Both the position numbers and the translations under genes were made by a program. From NCBI GenBank assembly GCA_905478415.1, contig CAJQIG010000001.1, positions 72,818 through 136,817 of the forward strand: 64,000 nt of DNA, written 5' to 3'. Under the pieces are notes generated by a model that saw only the letters and a program-made list of their open reading frames with translations, ran no database searches and was not told where the DNA came from. This document shows, piece by piece, positions 57,783 to 64,000 of this stretch (positions are counted from its first letter, which is position 1; every line of letters begins with the position of its first letter). The stretch comes from an uncultured Patescibacteria group bacterium (lineage in GTDB: Bacteria; Patescibacteriota; Microgenomatia; UBA1400; PJMF01).

Positions 57783-58276
57783 CAGACTATAGCCAAAACC
57801 TACGAAGAAGATTTGCTGATGAACTCTATGCTGCAATGGAAAAGAACAGAGATATTTTTGTTTTAACAGGTGATCTGGGGTATAGAGTTTTAGATCAAAT
57901 TAAGGTTGATTTCCCAGACCGGTTTCTTAATGTTGGTGCTGCAGAGCAATCTCTCATTGGAATTGCTGTGGGAATGGCTCTTGAAGGAAAGATTCCGGTT
58001 GTATACTCTATTACTCCCTTTCTTTTGTATAGACCGTTTGAAACCATTAGAAACTACATTGATCATGAAAAAATTCCAGTGAAGCTCATTGGTTCTGGAC
58101 GAGACAAAGATTATGGCCATGATGGTTTTTCTCACTGGTCATGTGAAGATAGAGATGTGATGAAAATATTTAGTAATATTAAATCAGCTTGGCCAGATTC
58201 AGCTGATGAAGTCTCAGTTCTTCTGCCCAAGCTGCTGAGTGATACAAAACCTTGGTATCTAAACTTGAAAAGATAA
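57779..58276 (+). CDS. Transketolase-like protein, pyrimidine-binding subunit (no C-terminal domain)
   Basis: TGDLG, RFLNVGAAEQ, GMALEG, RPFE-IR, DGFSH, YLNLKR. Confidence 0.88.
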   Translation: MTDYSQNLRRRFADELYAAMEKNRDIFVLTGDLGYRVLDQIKVDFPDRFLNVGAAEQSLIGIAVGMALEGKIPVVYSITPFLLYRPFETIRNYIDHEKIPVKLIGSGRDKDYGHDGFSHWSCEDRDVMKIFSNIKSAWPDSADEVSVLLPKLLSDTKPWYLNLKR

Positions 58277-58279
58277 AAT

Positions 58280-59245
58280 ATGGGCAAAAAAAAGATTTCG
58301 GCTATTATTGCTTGTTATAAAGATGAGCAAGCAATTCCTTACATGTACCTTCGTTTGAAAAAAGTATTCAAACAACTTTCTGTTGAACATGAAATAATTT
58401 TTGTGAACGATGGGAGTCCTGACAATACCGAAGAAGTTCTAGAAGCATTAGTGAAAAAAGATGCAGCTGTTATAGCGATAACTCATTCTAGAAATTTTAG
58501 CTCTCAAATGGCTTTTACAAGTGGTATGGATATTGCAACGGGAGATTGTGTAGTCTTTCTTGATGGTGATTTACAAGATCCACCTGAGATGATTGCCAAG
58601 TTTTATACAAAATGGCTGGAAGGTTTTGATGTTGTCTATGGAGTTCGTGTTAAACGGGAGGCTCCCTTGTTAATGCAGTGGGCTTATAAAGGCTTTTATC
58701 GTGTTTTTAATAAAATATCATATATTCATATCCCTTTAGATGCTGGCGACTTTTCTTTGATAGATAAAAAGGTATATAGTGAGTTGAAAAGACTTCCAGA
58801 GCGAGATAGATTCTTGCGAGGTCTAAGAGCTTGGCTTGGTTTTAAACAAGTTGGTGTTCCTTACATTAGACCAGAACGAAAATTTGGTGTAACAACAAAT
58901 AATCTAATTAAAAATTTTCAATGGGCTACAAAAGGTATTTTTTCTTTTTCTTATATCCCATTACAAATAATGACGTTCACCTCTTTAGCTGTATTCTTAC
59001 TTTCGTTATTTGGAATTGTATATCAAATTGCTCTATCCTTATTCTTTCCAGAATCCACACCAGACGGAGTGAGTACCATTATTGTATTAGTGTTATTTAT
59101 TGGTTCAATCCAGCTATTAGGAATTAGTATTTTAGGTGAGTACATTGCTAAAATCTTTGAAGAAGTAAAGCAAAGACCAAAGTATATTGTTAAAAATGTG
59201 TTGAGAAAAAAAGTTTCTTATTCTTTAGATAAAGAAACCGTATAG
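58280..59245 (+). CDS. GtrB/ArnC-like polyprenyl-phosphate glycosyltransferase (GT2)
   Basis: FVNDGSPD, SRNF, DGDLQDPPE, DAGDFSL, two C-terminal TM helices, GEYIAKIFEEVKQRP. Confidence 0.92.
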   Translation: MGKKKISAIIACYKDEQAIPYMYLRLKKVFKQLSVEHEIIFVNDGSPDNTEEVLEALVKKDAAVIAITHSRNFSSQMAFTSGMDIATGDCVVFLDGDLQDPPEMIAKFYTKWLEGFDVVYGVRVKREAPLLMQWAYKGFYRVFNKISYIHIPLDAGDFSLIDKKVYSELKRLPERDRFLRGLRAWLGFKQVGVPYIRPERKFGVTTNNLIKNFQWATKGIFSFSYIPLQIMTFTSLAVFLLSLFGIVYQIALSLFFPESTPDGVSTIIVLVLFIGSIQLLGISILGEYIAKIFEEVKQRPKYIVKNVLRKKVSYSLDKETV

Positions 59246-60870
59246 ATATTACACAAATTAAAACAGCCTTCATGAACTTTTTCTAGTTCAAAGGTTTCAG
59301 AATATTTCTTAAAGGTATTTTTAAATTGACCTGAAGCTTCGATTCCATAGTTAGCCAGATAGATTTTTTCGCCATTTGTAAGCTTTTGTGTATAGGTTTC
59401 CAGTAAACTCTGATTGTTAGGAACTCCCCAGACTTCTAGTTTTTTCTGATTAAAATCCTGCTGTTCATCAAAAGGCAGTACAACATAGGTGTTGTTAGTG
59501 AAAAAATCAACCATATAGGGTGAGGTTAAAGAAATAAGTTGGGCCTGCTCTTCTCTCCTCGAAGAAAAGAACGCATTGTATTCTTGGATCGAAAGGTACC
59601 ACCAAGGTGATTCGGCATACTTCAGATTTAGCATGACTTGTGATTTGAGGGGAAGTAATCTGCTACCTAGGAGTATGATCCCAAGTATAAGAGTGGTTCC
59701 TGGTACAAATAGTTTTTTAGGAATAGAGAGTTTCTTAAGAAGCATTTGAATTCTTTTTTGAGAAGAAATATTATCTAACAAAAGTGCCAGGCCAAGTAGG
59801 ATGGCAAAAAATCCAGTAAAGATATATCTCGAGTCAAATGCATAAAAGGTAGACATAAAAATGGTTTGTGCGAGTGTGCTGATACCTAAGTAGAGGGCAA
59901 ATGTTCGGTGTTTTGGTTTTATAAGTGCGGACAGAATTCCAAGAAACCCCAGCCATCCGATCAGTTTGGAAAACCAAGGTCTGACATCCCACAAAAATCG
60001 AGCTGGATGACCAAGTAAAATCTGCACATATTCAGAAAAATGATCAGCAAAGACTGACATACCAAAGTAACTGTTTGTAACAGTGCTTGATCCTGGCGCT
60101 TGGGTTTTTGGAGTGATAATTCTGAGTAAGAAAGCTATGCTTTTAGCGAAATTATAGGAAAAAGGTAGCAGTAATAGAATTGGAAGCCCAAGTATGATAG
60201 TTGCGATCAGGGTTTGTTTATATTTTTTCTGTCGAAGATTAGGCAAGGCCATCTTGAAAAATTGCACCGCAACCAGAGTAACTACCAGTGGCACATAGGC
60301 AAATTTTGTAAAGTAAAATGCAACTGCAACGGTGCCAGTAGCTAATAAAACTTTTTTAGTTGTCTTTTGAAGCATCAGATAACAACTGAGTAGAAACAGC
60401 GGTACTAGGAGGTTCTCGGCCATAGCTAGAGTTGGCAGCCAGAAAAAGTGATAGCTAGTGACAGTTATGCCAAGCACTAATGCGTGAATAAACGGTTCCT
60501 TGGTGATTTTTTTTAGAATTGCGTACAAGAGTACTACACTCAAATAACTTAAAAATACATTGGTAAAGTAGAAGGTTCTGGGATCAAAAGAAAGTAAAAA
60601 CCCAGGTAATAATGCCAATGAATACCCTTGTGGTACTGACGGGTCACTACCAGGTAGACCAGTTTGCAGTCCCGACCGACAGAGGTTCCAAGTGCCTTCG
60701 GCAATAAAGCATCTAGCCACCGTTACATAGTGAAACGAGTCGGGAAAAGGTTCGAAGTTGGGAATGAGTGTTCGAGTGCTATAGGGGTTACGAAAGAGCA
60801 GAAAAAAGAGGGCAAAACTGGCAAGAAAGAGTGGCCAATGACGACCAAACAGGTACTTAATTTTTTTCAT
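59218..60870 (-). CDS. GT-C-like membrane glycosyltransferase
   Basis: FEPFPDSFHY first loop, AMAENL, TKF, DSRY; multiple TM helices and a C-terminal extracellular domain. Confidence 0.7.
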   Translation of the reverse strand: MKKIKYLFGRHWPLFLASFALFFLLFRNPYSTRTLIPNFEPFPDSFHYVTVARCFIAEGTWNLCRSGLQTGLPGSDPSVPQGYSLALLPGFLLSFDPRTFYFTNVFLSYLSVVLLYAILKKITKEPFIHALVLGITVTSYHFFWLPTLAMAENLLVPLFLLSCYLMLQKTTKKVLLATGTVAVAFYFTKFAYVPLVVTLVAVQFFKMALPNLRQKKYKQTLIATIILGLPILLLLPFSYNFAKSIAFLLRIITPKTQAPGSSTVTNSYFGMSVFADHFSEYVQILLGHPARFLWDVRPWFSKLIGWLGFLGILSALIKPKHRTFALYLGISTLAQTIFMSTFYAFDSRYIFTGFFAILLGLALLLDNISSQKRIQMLLKKLSIPKKLFVPGTTLILGIILLGSRLLPLKSQVMLNLKYAESPWWYLSIQEYNAFFSSRREEQAQLISLTSPYMVDFFTNNTYVVLPFDEQQDFNQKKLEVWGVPNNQSLLETYTQKLTNGEKIYLANYGIEASGQFKNTFKKYSETFELEKVHEGCFNLCNIYTVSLSKE

Positions 60871-62341
60871 TCGAGCTTTCTAAGATATCAAACAGTTGGG
60901 TTTCAAAGTTTTCTTGAGTATACTGAGTGCTTGCGGTTAGAGCTTTCTCTTTAAATTGGCGCAGCCGAGCTGGATCTTTTGCCAGGTGCTTAGTGATATG
61001 CTGCAATTCTTCTAGAGTATTCCAAGTATACCCCACATCTCGAGCAATTTCAGCTGGGCCGCCCTTATTAATAACAACGGGGATACACCCAGAGGCCATG
61101 GCTTCAATCACAGTGAGACCAAAATGTTCGAGCATCACAGGATATTTTTCTTCGTTAATATCGAGGCCAGTAGCGTGCCAATAGATTCGACTTTTACTTA
61201 AGACTGAGGTGAGTTCTTCAAAACTGGCATTTTCATGAATAACAACGGGGAGGTCTTTAGCGGCAGCTGCTACTTTTTCGAAGTAGGCACGGTGGATGGG
61301 GGCGTCGTTGACGCTGCCAATTAAGTGTAGTTCCCAGCCAGGTAGTTCGGTGTGAAGTTGCCGGAAGGCCTCCACCATTTCAAGTTGTTTCTTACTGTGT
61401 CCGCCTACAAAAAAACGTCCGGTCGAGACAATCCATTTTTGTTTGCGTTCACTTGAATAAAAGTCAGTAATTGGTACTGGTGGATAGGCTATGGGGGTGT
61501 TGATGCCCCAGTATTGAGCCACCCACTTCTTTGTATATTTTGAAATAGAAGCAAGATGAGTATAACTAGCTACTTCTTTTTTAGAAAAATTGCGCGGACC
61601 TGCTTGAAACCGTTCTTTCCAACCAGGGACTATATCCATACATCTTTGGCCAACTTGATTCCAGAGTGAAGTCTTTAGTTGTATTGCTACTCCTTCTGTA
61701 TATTGTGAAGCTGGCAATGTAATGAGCCACTGTCGGATTGGTTTTTCTGATGTTGCAGTGAGCTCGACAGTATTGGAGTGATGTAACACTTTCACTTTTG
61801 TTTTGACCACGGTGTGCAGACTGGTAACTTCTAATTGTTCCACAACAGAAATGGCAAGTTTAGGAAATACAAGCTTAAAAGTAGCTTTTTGCTTTGGCTT
61901 GTTGCATCCTATGGTAATTTGAGTTGCATCTTTTTGAATGTAGAGAGGAAATGTAAATAGGAAACGAACGAAAGGGACAACAACACTGCGAGTCAGCCAT
62001 TCTTTTGGTGTAAGTTTGAGTGTGGTTGGAAAGAAGACAGATAGGAGCGATTGCTTTGCTTTGGAAGGAATCATGTCGGCAAATGAGCTGAGTACAAAGA
62101 GATCATACTCTTTGGTAAAGGGAGTAAGTTCGTAGTCCCAAAGTTCTGGAAGGTATCTAATTGAGAATGATAGTTTCTCTAATCCAAATTTCTTTTTAAG
62201 AAGCTCGGTGTCTGTGGGTCTGTGGGTAAGGAGTTCTACACTGTAGCCTTTTTTTGCTAAAGCTGCAGCAATTGCTAGAGTGTGTCGCTCTCCCCCACCG
62301 AGTGTGTGGAGCCAACGGTCGTAGATGCCTGCTTTTTTCAT
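60857..62341 (-). CDS. GT4 glycosyltransferase with an internal insertion
   Basis: TLGGGER, GRFFVGGHSKKQ, EHFGLTVIEAMASG. Confidence 0.88.
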   Translation of the reverse strand: MKKAGIYDRWLHTLGGGERHTLAIAAALAKKGYSVELLTHRPTDTELLKKKFGLEKLSFSIRYLPELWDYELTPFTKEYDLFVLSSFADMIPSKAKQSLLSVFFPTTLKLTPKEWLTRSVVVPFVRFLFTFPLYIQKDATQITIGCNKPKQKATFKLVFPKLAISVVEQLEVTSLHTVVKTKVKVLHHSNTVELTATSEKPIRQWLITLPASQYTEGVAIQLKTSLWNQVGQRCMDIVPGWKERFQAGPRNFSKKEVASYTHLASISKYTKKWVAQYWGINTPIAYPPVPITDFYSSERKQKWIVSTGRFFVGGHSKKQLEMVEAFRQLHTELPGWELHLIGSVNDAPIHRAYFEKVAAAAKDLPVVIHENASFEELTSVLSKSRIYWHATGLDINEEKYPVMLEHFGLTVIEAMASGCIPVVINKGGPAEIARDVGYTWNTLEELQHITKHLAKDPARLRQFKEKALTASTQYTQENFETQLFDILESSNEKN

Positions 62342-63258
62342 ATTTTCCCTGTTATTCTATAACGTAGCAAATACGGTAGGTTTCGAGTCAGTTGTACTAG
62401 TACTTTGACCCGAGTAAAAAACCGCTTTTTGAGTTTGATGAGTTGGTACAGAGCTGATAGCTTGTATTTGAAGGTTTCTGTTAATACAGTTCCAAGTGGA
62501 AAGTGTTTCCAAAGAAAAAGAAGTCGGTTAAGTTCGGTCTGATACACAAAAAACGAAGACCACTCTTCACTGCTGGCAGAATGCACGTGGTTTAGTTCTG
62601 ACTTTGGTTGATACCAAATTGAGTACCCCGCTTTGAGCAATCGCAAACTAAAGTCTGTATCCTCATAGTACATAAACATATGTTCATCAAAACCACCGAG
62701 CTCTAAAAAGATTTTTCGGTCGATAGCTACGCTGACACCACTAAAGGCAGCTAGTTCTGTTTCTTTGGCATAGTATTCCGAGTCATTTTCGTAGAGCTGT
62801 TGACGATCTTTAGTAATTACGGCTCCTCTGTCCCTCGAGTGTCCGTCGTGAAAGACATAATTTCCGGCATTTTGAATAAAGTCTTGGCCATCAATCGAAA
62901 TTTTTGTTTTAGCATTTACTGCTCCCACGTTAGGATGCACTTTGAAGCTGCGCAGCAGTGGTTGCAACCAATTTGGATCAACTACTGTGTCGGGATTAAG
63001 TAAGACAATGTATTTGCTATTTGCAAGTTCGGCGGCTCTGTTAACTGCTGCAGCAAAGCCAAGATTTTTTTCTGACGTATGAATGAGGATATCAGGAAAC
63101 TGTTTCTTAATTTTTAAGATGGTTGAGTCACTGGAAGCATTGTCCCAAACAATTGTTTCACAGTGTTCCACACCTTTCACATGTTTCACGGAACGCAAGC
63201 AGCGGCCTATAAATTCTGCACTATTATAGGTGATAATGATAATTGAAGCTTTTGTCAT
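62338..63258 (-). CDS. GT2 glycosyltransferase
   Basis: SIIIITYNS, DNASSD, NLGFAAAVN, LNPD, GGFDEHMFMYYEDTD. Confidence 0.92.
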   Translation of the reverse strand: MTKASIIIITYNSAEFIGRCLRSVKHVKGVEHCETIVWDNASSDSTILKIKKQFPDILIHTSEKNLGFAAAVNRAAELANSKYIVLLNPDTVVDPNWLQPLLRSFKVHPNVGAVNAKTKISIDGQDFIQNAGNYVFHDGHSRDRGAVITKDRQQLYENDSEYYAKETELAAFSGVSVAIDRKIFLELGGFDEHMFMYYEDTDFSLRLLKAGYSIWYQPKSELNHVHSASSEEWSSFFVYQTELNRLLFLWKHFPLGTVLTETFKYKLSALYQLIKLKKRFFTRVKVLVQLTRNLPYLLRYRITGKI

Positions 63259-63344
63259 GGTAGTTTGTGGACGACAAGGTTTGTTTCGTCTTCTAGTAGT
63301 ATCTCAAATTGATCGGAATGTACAAGATCTAGGAATATATGTTT

Positions 63345-63378
63345 AAAAAATGACCCCAGGCAACAGTGCCCAGGGTCA
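63345..63378 (-). terminator. Intrinsic terminator
   Basis: TGACCCTGGGCA-ctgt-TGCCTGGGGTCA-TTTTTT after the 63402 gene. Confidence 0.75.
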
Positions 63379-63401
63379 ACTAATGTCACTTGGCTTTTGT
63401 A

Positions 63402-63950
63402 TTAAAAGCAGTAAGAAAGGGCGGGTTGCCCTTCCTTCTCAGTAACGGTTACATTCACAAAACGGATTTCTGCATCTTCCCTGTCAGGGATACAGGCAAA
63501 TCGGGCAGTTTGGCCCCAATGTATGACCAGGAGGCCAGTCGTAATTTGCTTGGTTTCTAGCTGTACATTTTTTGGTTCTAGCAGCCATTGCGGCTTGTCT
63601 ACTTCATGTTCATCCTCAAAAGTTGTCAGGACGAAGCTATCAGTATTTGGCAAAGTTGCTAGTACGTATACCAGCACAGTTTGGTCTGGCTCAACAGCTG
63701 GGCCAATCTGTACCCAGTTTTGTTTGCCTTCTTTGAACATCACATCTGGATGTGCCAATGCAGCAGAGACTGGATCCATAATTCTGAATCCGTTGGAAAA
63801 GGATACCAACGCCCGACTTTTTTCTATTGATCCTGACATCAGCCGACGTCCATCTGGCAAGAACAGTTCGTGACTGACCATTCTGTTGATGGGAATTCCT
63901 GGTTGGAACAGTTCTAACCGGGAGCTAACTTGCAAGGTATAAGGAATCAT
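63402..63950 (-). CDS. Hypothetical protein
   Basis: 182-aa ORF with a strong AAAGGAG SD and a downstream terminator; no motif recognised. Confidence 0.75.
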   Translation of the reverse strand: MIPYTLQVSSRLELFQPGIPINRMVSHELFLPDGRRLMSGSIEKSRALVSFSNGFRIMDPVSAALAHPDVMFKEGKQNWVQIGPAVEPDQTVLVYVLATLPNTDSFVLTTFEDEHEVDKPQWLLEPKNVQLETKQITTGLLVIHWGQTARFACIPDREDAEIRFVNVTVTEKEGQPALSYCF

Positions 63951-64000
63951 GTTTCTCCTTTAAACGGTGAACAATTCGGGTACCCAGAGACTTCCCTCTT

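Noticed and set aside
1-64000. tRNA, rRNA, CRISPR arrays, transposases, integrases, prophage genes
   Set aside because: None recognised by eye; intergenic gaps are short. tRNAscan-SE and Infernal would be needed to exclude small RNAs.

Overview
A 64-kb chromosomal segment of a small-genome bacterium. It is most consistent with a Patescibacteria/CPR (Microgenomates-like) organism; this is inferred from the N-terminally truncated MurE and MurF, alpha2-type GlyRS, type-2 IleRS, DUF4012 protein and short RecO. The left part (1-22.2 kb, minus strand) is housekeeping: partial ileS; a rearranged dcw cluster (mraZ-rsmH-ftsL-ftsI-murE-yvcK-murC-murB-murA-mraY-ftsW-murG-ftsQ-ftsA-ftsZ, with no murD or ddl); and recO-murF-glyQS. 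Both synthetase genes have T-box riboswitch leaders with very short Stem I regions and intrinsic terminators. The right part (22.2-63.3 kb) is a ~41-kb surface-glycosylation region. It contains a priming transferase, ManC, many GT2/GT4 enzymes, seven genes encoding GT-C or O-antigen-ligase-like membrane transferases and an embedded ruvCAB operon. It also holds a three-domain ligase/GT-C/phosphoesterase-like fusion and an AT-rich, mostly oppositely oriented island (GT-C, three methyltransferase domains, epimerase, minimal split transketolase, GtrB-like enzyme). Many genes show a leaderless-promoter signature. No rRNA, tRNA, CRISPR array or transposase was recognised. All calls come from motif recognition by eye; no searches were run.
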